Assembly (NCBI GenBank): GCA_016718035.1
Contig: JADKEK010000001.1
Span: forward strand, 961,233 to 1,025,232
Origin: Bacteroidota bacterium
GTDB taxonomy: Bacteria > Bacteroidota > Bacteroidia > Chitinophagales > BACL12
Direction of reading: 5' to 3'
DNA length: 64,000 nucleotides
This document shows positions 29,582 to 41,193 of the stretch, one piece after another. The notes below the pieces were generated by a model that saw nothing but the letters and a program-made list of their open reading frames with translations, made no database searches and was not told the DNA's origin. Made by a program: the position numbers and the translations under genes. Each line of letters starts with the position of its first letter. The stretch's first letter is position 1.

Positions 29582-30783
29582 TTATTTCGCTATTATAAAT
29601 TGCTGATGCCATTTTTTGCCTTCCAATTGCACTATAAGCATATAAATGCCATTTGGTAATTTGCTAACATCAATTTCGTTATCCATAGATGTAAATTGGC
29701 TTACTACTTTACCGTTGATATCCGCAATTTGGATGAAGGTATTTTGAAATTTGTCACTACTTTCCATTTGTATATGCAATATATCCGTTGTTGGATTAGG
29801 ATATATTTTTATTTCCGAATAAGTTGCATTTTGAATACTCACCTCCTCTATACCTAAGTTCTCTAATGAAACTCTAATTACCCAAGTTGTGGTTGCACCA
29901 AATAAATATCCATTATCGATTAAAAATCCATTAAATACATCGAAACTTCCCCCTGTGCCTTGTGGTATCAATGTCCATGTTTGTCCTCCATCTGTTGAGA
30001 AATGGGCTTTACATAATGAACCACCAACCACAGCTATATCACCACTGGTATAAAATCCACCTACAAATAAAATCCATCAAAACCTTCGGTTATTTGCGTC
30101 CATGATTCTCCTAAATCAGTAGACCTGAATACACCAAGACCATAACCAGAAGTTAATAAAGCACCTTGCGAAACTGCAATGCCGTTACATTGCATTAAAT
30201 CCGGCAGTCCGTTATTTTTAGCAACCCAATTAGCACCACCATCGGATGATGTAAACACGCCACCTAAAGTTGACATATATAAATCGCTTCCAACTAATAT
30301 AATTTGACTAATATAATGGCTATTGCCTCCTAATCCCCCATTGCCCAAATTCCAATTTGCTCCATTATCATTTGAATATAGCACTCCTAAACCATCAATT
30401 GCAGCATAAATTTTGTTTCCATCTGCAGTCATGTAAGGAATAGAAGCCACCATACCAAAATCATAATTCAACGTCCAGTTTATGCCGTCATTTGACGCGT
30501 ATATATGCCCATAAGGGTCACCGCTAAAGTAGGTATCCGTAGACTTTGTAAAAGCAGTCACGTAAGGTATGACCCCCAATCCTAATAATGTATCTTTCAT
30601 CCATGTGTCACCATTATCTATTGATGAGTAATCGGCTGCTATGCCATAAGTGTGTAATACGTCATCTACTGTAGTAAGTTCTGCTGCGCCAAATGGTCCG
30701 AAAGCCGTACTTTCCCATTGAGCTTTAAGCATCTGAAAGTGCAGTAACAAATAGACAAGAAGTAAACTTAGTTTTGTTTTCAT
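29582..30783 (-). pseudogene. BNR-like repeat T9SS cargo protein, split by one frameshift
   Basis: 30061..30783 encodes a signal peptide plus Asp-box-like repeats (SIDNGDTW, SNDGINW, SNDNGANW, SSDGGANW, STDLGESW). 29582..30031 continues in another frame (STDGGQTW) and ends in a type-A CTD (IYPNPTTDILHI...GIYMLIV). The frames meet near 30040-30065. Confidence 0.75.
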
Positions 30784-30999
30784 AATGTTTTATTTATAAC
30801 ACAAATGTCTAGCCGTCAGCACTTCCAATCAATAATACATATGTAGTATTTTCAGTGTTTCACCCAAAAACAAATGAAAAAGAGTAATTTTAAAGCAAGG
30901 TTTCACCGGCTAAAGTTTTTTTTGAAATAATGAAACATATGTGGTGCCTCCATATTAACAATCAAATAACACACAACACCGTGTTTGCCTAACTACTAA

Positions 31000-33954
31000 A
31001 TGGTAAAATCACTTTTCACCATATTATTAATATTCACCAGGGTTATAGCATTTCCGCAGATACCTTCATCACAATTAACCGTTGATGATGGTTTACCATT
31101 AAATAGTGTTTGGACAATTACTCAAGATAAAAACGGTTTAATTTGGTTTGGAACGTTAGATGGATTATGTAGTTATGACGGGTTCAACATCACTACTTAC
31201 AAAAATATACCCGGAGATTCATCGAGCATTTCAGAAAATTGCAGGCATGATGTTTATATAGATATTGAAAATAACCTTTGGGTTGCCCATACAAGTGGTA
31301 TTAGCAAGTTTTATCAGCGCACATCACGTTTTGATAATATTTACACCTATGCTGCTAAACAAAACAGAGATGTTATTAACAGGATTATTGGCGAAAGTAA
31401 AAATGGCAATGTTTGGGCGTGGATTTATGGTGAAGGAATAGTTGAATTTACTAATCGTGGTAAAATTGTAAATAAATATAGTTTACCCGATATAAAAAAT
31501 GAAAAGTGTGTTACAGCTAAGTTTGATAATGAAGGCAATATTTATGTTGCACTTGAAAGCAGTGGAATATTTAAATTAGACTTAAAAACAAAACAAATAA
31601 ACCATTCCTTTCGCCCCAATTAGGTGGCTTTTGCATTACACCTGAAAACAATTTAATTATATCGGGACAAAGTCAGAGTTTGTTATATGTTAATGAAAAA
31701 GGAGAAACATTACACGAATTTATTATAGTTCCAGATATCCTAAGCGCTCCTGATAAATTAGTTTTTGTAAATTGTATAATTCCGTTTAGAGACTCGGCAC
31801 CACCGATGGTATTTATATTAAACTTATCAAATCTTACTACAAAAGATTTCATTCAGCAAAAACCGTCAGAAAACTATGCTATTGGCGATTGTCTTTTTAA
31901 AGACTTAAGCGGCAACCTTTGGGCCGGCACAACAGCCAGTGGGGTAAGGAATTTTTTGATGAGTAGCAAAAAATTCGAATTATTACAACCGTTTAATGAA
32001 GATTTCACCATTGTGAAGGCAATAAAAAAAGTGAAAATAATTTGTTTGTTGGTTATTTTGAAGGAGGAATTGATGTATACTGATAATAATGTTTTTGTCA
32101 AACATATAGATAGTAAAAATTCATCTACCATCAGACAGAGTAAATTCAATTATGGCCATTTCTGAAAATAAAATTTTAGTTGGTTTTGTTTTGTCCTACG
32201 ACATAGGTATTTTAGATTGGAGGACAAATCGCTATGAAAGCGTAATTGCCAATTTAACAGAAATTAAATCTGATTTTTATTCTAATGAAAATTTTACAAA
32301 TAGTTTTTCTAAACTAAACGACTCAACGATTCTGTTTATCAGAAATGCATTTATTTATCGAGGCACGTTTTCAAAAAACAAAACCAAAATTGAACAAATA
32401 CAACTTATATTTTTTCAGATAAACAGAATAAGCTTTGGGTTGGGAGTTATAATGCAGCATATTTGAAAAAGTGAAAAATGGTATAAGCTTGATTTGCCTG
32501 TAGATTTGAATGTGAAATGTATTGCTCAACATCCAAACAGCGATATCTGGATTTGTGGCGATAAAGGTTTGTTTGTTTTAGATAATCAAGGGAATTTAAA
32601 AATACATTTAATACCACTAACGGCTTGCCAAATGAATATGTTTACGGCATACTGTTTGAGGCTGACGGAAATTGTTGGATGAGCCACAACAAAGGCATTT
32701 CGCAGTTTAATTACAGCAAATTGACCTTTAGGAATTACACAAAAAGTGATGGTGTTCAATCAAACGAATTTAATACAGGGGCATTTTACAGAGACCTTGA
32801 TGGCTACTTTTATTTAGGGAATTAATAAATTATTTCAACCCAAAAGCCATTAAAGACAATCCGGTTTTACCATTCACCTTGATAAATAAAATTTTGGTAA
32901 ATGATGAACTATATAAAAGTGACACCAGCTATGCTTATTTAAAAACACTTCATTTAAATTATGACCAAAATACCATTTCTATTGAATTTGCAGGTATAGA
33001 ATATACCAATCAGTTATTAAATCAATACAAATATCGCCTTGTTGGCATTGACAAAAACTGGGTTGATGCACATAATCAGCGATTTGTAAGATACCCTAAT
33101 CTTGCTCCGGGTAATTATGTGTTTGAAGTAATTTCCAGTAATAATGATAATGTATGGAATATGGTTCCGACTCAGCTGTATATTAACATTAATCCACCTT
33201 TGGGGAATTAGGTTTAAATCACTGATAGTAATTATTTATCACACTATTCATTATCTGTTTTTCAAATAAAACCGATTCAACACCAGAAAACAGCGAAGGC
33301 TAGCAGAAATTCAACAAAAATGCAAAATGAAAGGGAGCGAATATCGCGCGATTTACATGATAATGTTGGCGCACAATTAAGTTTTATCAACTCAAATATT
33401 GACTGGATAATTAACCCGGTAAAGGTCAATTCCGAAGAAGAGGAACATCAACGGCTTAATGAAATCACAAAACTGCTCAACATGTAATCAGTAATTTACG
33501 GGAAACAATTTGGGCTTTAAATAAGGAAACTATTGAGGTTGAAGATTTAAGCGATAAGCTAAAAGCATTTTTCCAAAAGCATATGCAGTTTAATCCCGAA
33601 ATTAGTTTAGTATTTAAGGAAGAGATAATGGTTAATTATACGTTTACACCATCTGTTGCTTTACACATATTCAGGATAGGTCAGGAAATTGCTTCCAATT
33701 GTCTGAAATATGCGCATGCAACCAAAGTTGATGTAATTATAACCACCACGCTGAATAATGAATTTTCACTTAGTATTAGTGATAATGGCAAAGGTTTTGA
33801 CCCATTAATGGTTGATAATCAAACACATTACGGTATTGAAAATATGAAAGCGAGAGCTAAGGAAATTGGTGGTGTAATAACCATACAATCGGGGATTGAA
33901 CAAGGCACACAAATTACCTTAACCACTTCAACCAATAAAATACATCAAATGTAG
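31000..33954 (+). pseudogene. Sensor histidine kinase (two-component-regulator propeller repeats + Y_Y_Y domain + HisKA_3 + HATPase_c), heavily fragmented
   Basis: The pieces are 31000..31623, 31680..32165, 32152..32466, 32494..32682, 32625..32825, 32879..33211, 33320..33487 (54 aa, not in the ORF track) and 33583..33954, in different frames. Propeller repeat motifs are present (DKNGLIWFGTLDGL; DKQNKLWVGSYNAAYL in a third frame near 32415-32470). The Y_Y_Y motif is YKYRLVGIDKNWVDAHNQRFVRYPNLAPGNYVFEV. The HisKA_3 box is ERERISRDLHDNVGAQLS. The ATPase end is ISDNGKGF...GIENMKARAKEIGG. Confidence 0.8.
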
Positions 33955-33993
33955 TATTTCACAACAAAAATACCTGACCTAAATTTACATCTT

Positions 33994-34647
33994 ATGATTA
34001 AACTAGCTATTGTAGACGATAAATATCAGAACCGGCATTCACTTGCTGAAAAGATTGTCTATTCAAATGAGGTGGAGATTGTATTTACTGCAGTTAATGG
34101 AAAAGATTTTTTAGATAAAATGAAAACTTCATCTGGTAAGTCAAGACCTGAAGTTGTTTTAATGGATATAGAAATGCCTGAGATGGATGGTATACAAGCT
34201 GTTTATAATGGAAATATTTTATATCCTGAGGTGAAGTTTATCATGCTTACTGTTTTTGATGATGATGATAAATTGTTTGAAGCAATTAAGGCGGGGGCTT
34301 CGGGTTATTTTTTGAAGGATGAAAAAATTTTAACCATTTTAGAAGGGTTAAAGCAAGCTATTTTTGAAGAAGGTGCACCTATGTCGCCTCGTATTGCCCG
34401 TAAAACTTTACAGCTAATGGTTAATCCGATTGCTAAGGAAAAACAGGTTGTTGAACAGAGTGATTTATCTGTGAGGGAAATGGAAATACTAAAGTTGTTA
34501 GTGCAGGGAAGCGACTATAAATCAATTGCTGAGAAATTATTTATTAGTCCGAACACAGTGAGAAAGCATATTGCAAATATTTATACCAAACTACAAATAA
34601 GCAACAAAGTGCAATTAGTTAATCTCGCTGCGAAAAATAATTGGTAG
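33994..34647 (+). CDS. NarL/FixJ-family response regulator (REC + LuxR-type HTH)
   Basis: 217 aa. The receiver has the phospho-acceptor context VVLMDIEMPEMDG. The C-terminus has LSVREMEILKLLVQGSDYKSIAEKLFISPNTVRKHIANIYTKL. Confidence 0.92.
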   Translation: MIKLAIVDDKYQNRHSLAEKIVYSNEVEIVFTAVNGKDFLDKMKTSSGKSRPEVVLMDIEMPEMDGIQAVYNGNILYPEVKFIMLTVFDDDDKLFEAIKAGASGYFLKDEKILTILEGLKQAIFEEGAPMSPRIARKTLQLMVNPIAKEKQVVEQSDLSVREMEILKLLVQGSDYKSIAEKLFISPNTVRKHIANIYTKLQISNKVQLVNLAAKNNW

Positions 34648-34655
34648 CGGAGAAA

Positions 34656-34874
34656 AACCGAAACCACTGAGGAATCCAAAGGGAACAGCCTACGAAGCGC
34701 ACAGAGTTGATTATAATTTAAATATGGTTTGGATCGGACGGATCCTTGAACAATGTTGCAGAATCGGAAATTTTGCAGAGCCGGTTGTTTGTTTCTTTCT
34801 TATTCTCTGTGCGGGTTTCTTTGAGTCCCGGTAGCTATCGGGATTGAAGTTTCGGCTGTTTAATTCGGGAATTT
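34656..34874. repeat. Interspersed intergenic repeat, copy C (full length)
   Basis: The copy begins 9 nt after the regulator stop codon. It reads aaccgaaaccactgaggaatccaaagggaacagcctacgaagcgcacagag...gcagagccgg...cccggtagctatcggg...gtttcggctgtt (ending at 34860), followed by taattcgggaattt. Confidence 0.75.
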
Positions 34875-34929
34875 AATGAATAGTTGAACCTGACATGAAA
34901 ATGGAGTTGTAAAAAAGTAAAACAATTAT

Positions 34930-35280
34930 TTATTGCACAACTATATTTAAATAATTAAGCTCATCGATGGAGATGGTTGGCGGCATTAAATTGTTGTTTA
35001 TTTTTTCCACTACTAATTCTGCCACCCTGTAAGCTTCAGCTTCTGAAACAAAGGTATGCATACCATTTACTGCAGGAATATGTTGTTGATGTATATATTT
35101 TTCGTTGTTTAAATATATATCATATCCCCAACCATTGTCAATTTTAAAAGTTTCAATACGAACTATTTTTTCCGCTTCAACAGGATGATGTGTGGCACGT
35201 TTGTTTGTCGGTTGTTGCTCTGTTTTTGAGCATGATATAGTTACCGATATTAATAACAGAATTACAATTCTCAAAGACAT
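34930..35280 (-). CDS. Small lipoprotein (DUF4907-like, tentative)
   Basis: I chose the internal Met start, giving MSLRIVILLLISVTISCSK (lipobox-like Cys) and avoiding overlap with the upstream gene. The core FKIDNGWGYDIYLNNEKYIHQQHIPAVNGMHTFVSEAEA resembles a small family that I recall accompanying Kelch proteins in Bacteroidota. Confidence 0.6.
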   Translation of the reverse strand: MSLRIVILLLISVTISCSKTEQQPTNKRATHHPVEAEKIVRIETFKIDNGWGYDIYLNNEKYIHQQHIPAVNGMHTFVSEAEAYRVAELVVEKINNNLMPPTISIDELNYLNIVVQ

Positions 35281-35290
35281 AAAATAGCTT

Positions 35291-36544
35291 TTATAAAACA
35301 AGGAATTGTTGAGCACCTAACACTTTTTTATCAGCAACAACAAACTGATAATTACCCGGTGCTAAGTAGGTGTTTTCCAATTTAAATTGATATTTACCAT
35401 TTGCAAATCCTGTTTTAATAACATTGAAGCTACTGCTAACATCGCGCCCAAACATATCAATAATGGTGATATTTAAATCGCCATGATAATCAGGAATACT
35501 TACTTCAACAATGGCATAATTAGTTATAGGATTTGGGAAAATTTGAATAGCAGCATCTGCATTTTGCCATGATTGAATAGCAATAGTAGTATCCTGAATA
35601 ATGATATCTGTTGTGTCGCCCCATAACCAGATATCGTAATAAAATGAAGTATCGTATCCCATACCAAAAAATGCCAATGTATCAACGGTAAACGCAACGG
35701 CATTTGCACGTGGCCCGCCTGGGAAATCTGCTAATTGTATCCAGTTATCACCATCCGGATCATACTCCCAAAAATCTGTTTGATTGTTAAAAGTGGTATC
35801 ATATCCACATGCAATATATCCTTTGCCGTTTAATGCAAATCCGGTAGCACTATATCGTGGTGAACCACCAAAATTTGTTCTCACTATCCACGAATTAGTT
35901 GCTGCTTTATATTCATAAAAATCATTTTTGAATCCGCCGTCATCTCCTGTGCCAACATATGCACTGCCCTCTATAACAAAAGCAATAGCAAATCGCCTTG
36001 CTGTTCCTGTAAAATCGGCCTGTTGCGACCATGTTCCAGTTGCTGTATCTAGTTCCCATAAATCATTTTTATATCCGGTGGCATCTTGACCTAATCCAAC
36101 ATACCCTTTTCCATTTACTGAAAAACCTACTGCTCCTCTCCTGTCAATTCCTCCGACAGTTGCTTCAGGTGTCCAGATATTGGAAGTATAATCATATTTC
36201 CAGCAATCATTTAAAAAAGGGTCCCCACTTTGACCAGTAGCAATATATCCAAAATTGCCAATTGTAAACGATGCTGCAGTATTGCGTTCCTGTCCTTCAC
36301 CTATGGCACCACCAAGACTTTCAGTTTGTGTCCAGGTATCATAAATGGGGTCGTAAGCGTAAAAACTTCTTCTAAAATCTTCACCATCGTAACCGAGTCC
36401 CACAAATCCAAAATCGTTAAAACTAAATGAAGAGGTGGCGCTTCTGCCATCGCCCGGAAAGTCGGCCTTTTTTTCCCAGTTTGGCTGAGCATAACTAGCC
36501 AACGTTAAACAAAAAATTGAGGAGCATAATAAAGTTGATTTCAT
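35291..36544 (-). CDS. Kelch-like six-blade repeat protein with T9SS type-A CTD
   Basis: 417 aa with a signal peptide. It carries ~48-aa repeats (GxxRxxAxxFxxxGxGYxGxGxD...DxWEYDxxxxxWxQxAxFxG) and a CTD (IFPNPITNYAIVEV...GNYQFVV). Confidence 0.85.
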   Translation of the reverse strand: MKSTLLCSSIFCLTLASYAQPNWEKKADFPGDGRSATSSFSFNDFGFVGLGYDGEDFRRSFYAYDPIYDTWTQTESLGGAIGEGQERNTAASFTIGNFGYIATGQSGDPFLNDCWKYDYTSNIWTPEATVGGIDRRGAVGFSVNGKGYVGLGQDATGYKNDLWELDTATGTWSQQADFTGTARRFAIAFVIEGSAYVGTGDDGGFKNDFYEYKAATNSWIVRTNFGGSPRYSATGFALNGKGYIACGYDTTFNNQTDFWEYDPDGDNWIQLADFPGGPRANAVAFTVDTLAFFGMGYDTSFYYDIWLWGDTTDIIIQDTTIAIQSWQNADAAIQIFPNPITNYAIVEVSIPDYHGDLNITIIDMFGRDVSSSFNVIKTGFANGKYQFKLENTYLAPGNYQFVVADKKVLGAQQFLVL

Positions 36545-36566
36545 GTATGTATTTTAATTGTGCGGA

Positions 36567-37799
36567 TTATTGTAAATATAATTTTCCACTTAAATAATGT
36601 TTTTCATTGTTTTCCATAACAGTTATTTCATAAAAATAAATGCCATCTGCTAATCCCTTTCGATTAAATGTAAATGATGTTGCAGCATAATTTTCATCCT
36701 GATAAACTGAAATTCCGTTCATATCAAAAACGTTGAGTGTACTTTTTTCAGGGATGATATTTTTTAAGGTAATATTTGCTTGTTGTTGAATTGGATTTGG
36801 GGAAACTGTTGCAACAATTCTTTGATTATCGTTGGGATTATCAAACAAAAAATAAGGCTTGTATTTATACATACTGCGTTTAACCCCATCTGGACCTTTG
36901 CCTGTTCCAACATAACCATAACCACCAATGGTAAACGCGACGCAAGATCTGCGTTCACTACCGGGAAGACTGGCTTTTTGCAACCAAGTGTCGGTAGCCG
37001 GGTTATATTCATAAAAATCCTTCTGATAACCACCATCTGTACCCATTCCAATATATCCTCTACCGGAAATGGCTAATCCAACGGCATTAAATCTTGGTGA
37101 ACCGGGAAATGACGCTTTTTCCGTCCATTCATCAGTTTGAGGGTCGTATTCATAAAAATTATTAAGGAAATAATTTTCATCAGAACCACAACCAACATAC
37201 CCCTTACCACTTATTGAAAATGCTGTGACACCGTATCGTGTTCCTCCGGGTATAGATTGTTTTTGTGCCCAATCATTTACCGCTGGGTTATATTCCCATA
37301 ATTCATCAGAATAATAGCTTGGGCCATATTTTCCACAAACAAGATACCCTTTATCACCTGCACTAAATGCCGATGCGTAATACACTCCGCCATTAAAGTT
37401 CCCGGGCCAATTGTCCTTTGCTGTCCAGGTATTGGTAATTGGGTTGTATTCATAAAGATCACGGCGTTTAGTTCCTGTAAATGCCAAAATAGTATTAATC
37501 CCCGTGCCAACATATCCTCTGCTACCTATTGTAAAAGCAATGGCATCTCTCCTTCCCGGGCCTGGTAAGTTTGCCTTTTGTGTCCAGCTATTCGTTCCGG
37601 GGTCATACTCCCAAATATCAGACCTACACAAATTTGCAGAATCAATGCCGGTACCAACATAGGCTCTACCCCCAATAACAAAGGCTACGCCTCGCTCCCG
37701 TTCACCACCACCAAATGGTGCTATTGAGCTCCAAGTGTTTTGGGCTGTAAGTTGAAAAAAACATAGTGCAAAAAAGATGGAGAAGTAAAGTTTTTTCAA
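36567..37799 (-). CDS. Kelch-like repeat protein with T9SS type-A CTD (paralog)
   Basis: 410 aa with signal peptide MKKLYFSIFFALCFFQLTAQ. It has the same repeat (RRDAIAFTIGSRGYVGTG...LYEYNPITNTWTAK) and a CTD-like end (VSPNPIQQQANITL...GIYFYEI). Confidence 0.85.
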   Translation of the reverse strand: MKKLYFSIFFALCFFQLTAQNTWSSIAPFGGGERERGVAFVIGGRAYVGTGIDSANLCRSDIWEYDPGTNSWTQKANLPGPGRRDAIAFTIGSRGYVGTGINTILAFTGTKRRDLYEYNPITNTWTAKDNWPGNFNGGVYYASAFSAGDKGYLVCGKYGPSYYSDELWEYNPAVNDWAQKQSIPGGTRYGVTAFSISGKGYVGCGSDENYFLNNFYEYDPQTDEWTEKASFPGSPRFNAVGLAISGRGYIGMGTDGGYQKDFYEYNPATDTWLQKASLPGSERRSCVAFTIGGYGYVGTGKGPDGVKRSMYKYKPYFLFDNPNDNQRIVATVSPNPIQQQANITLKNIIPEKSTLNVFDMNGISVYQDENYAATSFTFNRKGLADGIYFYEITVMENNEKHYLSGKLYLQ

Positions 37800-38235
37800 T
37801 ATGTATATATTTGATTTACTGTGTGTTATAAATTAAAGTTCAACCGAAATAAGGTGGAAAAATCTAGTTTTCAGTAATTTTCATCAACAAATCCTGATTT
37901 TAACACCAAATTACAAATAAAATTCAAATTAGTTAACCTTAGCTTAACTTTAAATAAACAAATCGCTTGAAAATCTTACTCAAAACGTCAGGCACTTTTT
38001 TGTGGAAATTTTAAACGAAAAAAATATATGTAGATACATACTATTTGACCACTTTTCAGCTTATATGTGCTCGCAACACCCATTGCTTAAAACCCTCAGC
38101 CTATTTGGAAATATTATAAATAAACAAATTTGAATCGCGGTTTACTAAAATAGGACTTTTAGCACTCGGAAACTACGGCATTTTGTCATTGATTTCCTGC
38201 TGATATGTTACCACCTTTGGCTCAAATCGAAGTAA

Positions 38236-41193
38236 ATGGAACCTAACCCACAAACCCTTCCTGAACTTCGCACACAAATTTTACTGCGTTTTTTAATCGT
38301 AATGCTGTTGCCATTGCAAATTATGGGACAAGCTGCCATTGAATTCCCTTATTCTGCTTCAGGCAACAATTTTATTCGCAACAACGGACAGTTGACAGAT
38401 ATGAATGGTGAACTTGCTGATAATGTGCTGTTTTATGCAGAATATCCTTATATGGATGTTTTTATAACTACATCGGGGTTAACCATGTTGTTATTGGAGC
38501 CGTCATTAAATGAATTTCAGGAAAAAATATATAATTGGGAACGTGTAGATATTAAATTGGAAAATGCGTTAATTCTTGAAGCAAACATAAATACGTCATC
38601 ACCTGTTTCAACAGGATTTAATTATTTCACTGCAGATTTTCCTGACGGTATTCATGCAGATGAATTTAGTGCATTGACCATCAAAAATATTTATCCGGGA
38701 ATTGATTGGCAGCTTAGCAATAATGGGACAAGCGGATTAAAATATCAATTTGTAGTTGCTCCCGGAGCTAATCCAAATGATATTCAATTAAACTACTTAG
38801 CACAAAATGGTATCACTATAACATCTGAAGGCGCAATAAAAATTCCTACCCAATTAGGGGATTTATTAGATAATGCTCCTGTGAGTTTTTATGCCGAAAG
38901 TGAAAAACCAATTACTACCAATTATGCCATAAATACAACCAGCGATACGAGTGCAAGCATTCAATTTAATATTACATCTTTCGATGCTACGCAAACAATA
39001 ATTATTGACCCTGAATTGTATTGGTGCACTTATTATGGGGGAAATAAAGAAGAGTGTTTTAATAGTGTTACCACCGACTTAGATGGCAATTTAATCGTGG
39101 TTGGATGGACAGATTCACCTAGTTTCCCGGTTTATAATGCAGGCACCTATTTTCAAGGAACATTAGCTACCAACGAAGACGCAATGATTGTAAAATTTTC
39201 GCCGGATGAAGAAAGATTGTGGGCAACATTTTATGGTGGAAATCATGAGGATTGGGCTTATAGTGTCGCGACTGATAATAGTGGAAATATATTTGTTTCA
39301 GGAGAAACTGTTTCTAACACATTTCCTGTTTATAATGCCGGCACATTTTATCAGGGCGGATTAAATGGCGACGAAGATGTATTCATTTTAAAATTTAATA
39401 GTGCAGGAACAAGATTATGGGCAACTTTTTATGGTGGAGATAAAAAAGAAGGTGGATATTCCATTGCAACAGACCCAAGTGGTAATATTTTCGTCACCGG
39501 ATATACCGAATCAACCGATTTCCCGAAATTAAATGCGGGTACATTTTATCAGGCAACTATGTCGGGAGTGCAAGATGCATTTGTTTTAAAATTTACCAAT
39601 ACAGGAACACGTATTTGGGCCACTTATTATGGCGGAACATTATATGATGTTGGCAATGCTATTACCTGCGATTTATCCGGTAATGTTTTTGTAACCGGTG
39701 AAACACGTTCGACAAATTTTCCTGTTTTAGATGGAGGCGGATATTACGATGGTACCATGAATGGAGATACTGATGTGTATGTAATTAAATTTTCAAATAC
39801 AGGCGTAAGAACATTTTCAACTTATTTTGGTGGCACTGATGCAGAGTATGGCAATAGCATTATCACCGATTTAGAAAATAATATTTATTTCGCCGGCTGG
39901 ACACGTTCATCAGATATTCCAACTTTAGATTTGGGCAATTATTATCAGGCATCTCTCAGTGGTTTATCAGATGCCTATATTGTCAAACTGGATAATAGTG
40001 GCAATTTATTATGGTCTACCTATTTTGGTGGACCTGGAATAGAAAATGCGTATAAATGGGATATTTTAGCTAACGATTTTTGTAATAATATTTATTTGGC
40101 ATTTACCACATTTTCGAGTGGTATGCCTGTTTATGATGCCGGTTGTTCGAGTTATTTTGATGCCTCTTATGAAGCATATGGAGATATTTTTATTGTTCGA
40201 TTTACCGATTCAGCGCTAATTACCTGGGCTACCTATTATGGTTATGATGCAGAAGAGTTAGATGCCTGTATAGGCTCTTCATTAATTGATGGTAAATCGT
40301 TGTATATGACAGGTCTGTATAATGAATATGACCCGGGTGCTCCGGTACCAATGGCCAATCCAGGAGGTGTTGCCTATTACGATGGCACACATAACGGCGA
40401 TAATGAAGCATTCATTGGTAAATTCGAAGCTGTTCCTTTAACATTAACAACTGAAAACAGCAATTTATGTTTTTGTGTAGATACAGCAGTTGCTATTCCG
40501 GATTGTGGTGTTGCACCTTACGATTATTTATGGTCAGATGGTCAAACAACTGCAACCGCTTATGGTTTATGCCCGGATGTTTATACCGTCACAGTTACTG
40601 ACGCAGATTGTAATATTACCACTGGAGATATTTCAATTATTTGCGAATTGCCTGTAGATATTATCAGTTTTAATGGCACAATTAATAATCATACTACTCA
40701 TTTAAAATGGACCACCTTAAGTGAAAGTAATATTGATTATTATCTGATAGAAAAATCGGTAGATGGAGAAATATTTACAGTGAATGGTTCTATTCCTTCA
40801 GTAGGAGATAATAATGTTTCAACTAATTATATTCATTACGATTATATTGCTACTTCAGGTACATATTATTATGCATTATCAAGTGTCGATTTTCAAGGCA
40901 ATATTACACCTTATGGCACCATAACATTACCTGTTATTTTTGATGATGGTGATTTTCAATTATATCAAATCAATAATCAACAGTTACAATTACACATGCA
41001 CACCACTTGCGGAAGTGATGGTGTTTTCAGTATTTGGGATACTAAAGGTCAGTTAATGTTTAAACAAAATCTCGAATTAAACGAAGGGGAAAATAACCAA
41101 ATCATTTCCATTCCTGATTTATCGAAGGGCATTTATTATGCAACTATTGTAACAGCACGTAAACAGTATAAAGGGCAGTTTATCCGGTATTAA
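38236..41193 (+). CDS. SBBP (seven-bladed beta-propeller) repeat protein with SprB-like Cys module and CTD-like tail
   Basis: 985 aa. Seven units of the type W(A/S)T(F/Y)YGG...GNIFV(S/T)G.T.S..FP..NAG.. are present. CGVAPYDYLWSDGQTTATAYGLCPDVYTVTVTDADC resembles an SprB repeat. The C-terminal ~80 aa have a T9SS-CTD-like pattern (GIYYATIV) but no YPNP motif. The true start is uncertain. Confidence 0.8.
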   Translation: MEPNPQTLPELRTQILLRFLIVMLLPLQIMGQAAIEFPYSASGNNFIRNNGQLTDMNGELADNVLFYAEYPYMDVFITTSGLTMLLLEPSLNEFQEKIYNWERVDIKLENALILEANINTSSPVSTGFNYFTADFPDGIHADEFSALTIKNIYPGIDWQLSNNGTSGLKYQFVVAPGANPNDIQLNYLAQNGITITSEGAIKIPTQLGDLLDNAPVSFYAESEKPITTNYAINTTSDTSASIQFNITSFDATQTIIIDPELYWCTYYGGNKEECFNSVTTDLDGNLIVVGWTDSPSFPVYNAGTYFQGTLATNEDAMIVKFSPDEERLWATFYGGNHEDWAYSVATDNSGNIFVSGETVSNTFPVYNAGTFYQGGLNGDEDVFILKFNSAGTRLWATFYGGDKKEGGYSIATDPSGNIFVTGYTESTDFPKLNAGTFYQATMSGVQDAFVLKFTNTGTRIWATYYGGTLYDVGNAITCDLSGNVFVTGETRSTNFPVLDGGGYYDGTMNGDTDVYVIKFSNTGVRTFSTYFGGTDAEYGNSIITDLENNIYFAGWTRSSDIPTLDLGNYYQASLSGLSDAYIVKLDNSGNLLWSTYFGGPGIENAYKWDILANDFCNNIYLAFTTFSSGMPVYDAGCSSYFDASYEAYGDIFIVRFTDSALITWATYYGYDAEELDACIGSSLIDGKSLYMTGLYNEYDPGAPVPMANPGGVAYYDGTHNGDNEAFIGKFEAVPLTLTTENSNLCFCVDTAVAIPDCGVAPYDYLWSDGQTTATAYGLCPDVYTVTVTDADCNITTGDISIICELPVDIISFNGTINNHTTHLKWTTLSESNIDYYLIEKSVDGEIFTVNGSIPSVGDNNVSTNYIHYDYIATSGTYYYALSSVDFQGNITPYGTITLPVIFDDGDFQLYQINNQQLQLHMHTTCGSDGVFSIWDTKGQLMFKQNLELNEGENNQIISIPDLSKGIYYATIVTARKQYKGQFIRY

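Noticed and set aside
35291-37799. Calling the Kelch-like proteins NanM (sialic acid mutarotase) or galactose oxidase
   Set aside because: Only the generic Kelch-type blade pattern is visible. There are no sialic-acid genes nearby and no catalytic motifs that I can verify by eye.
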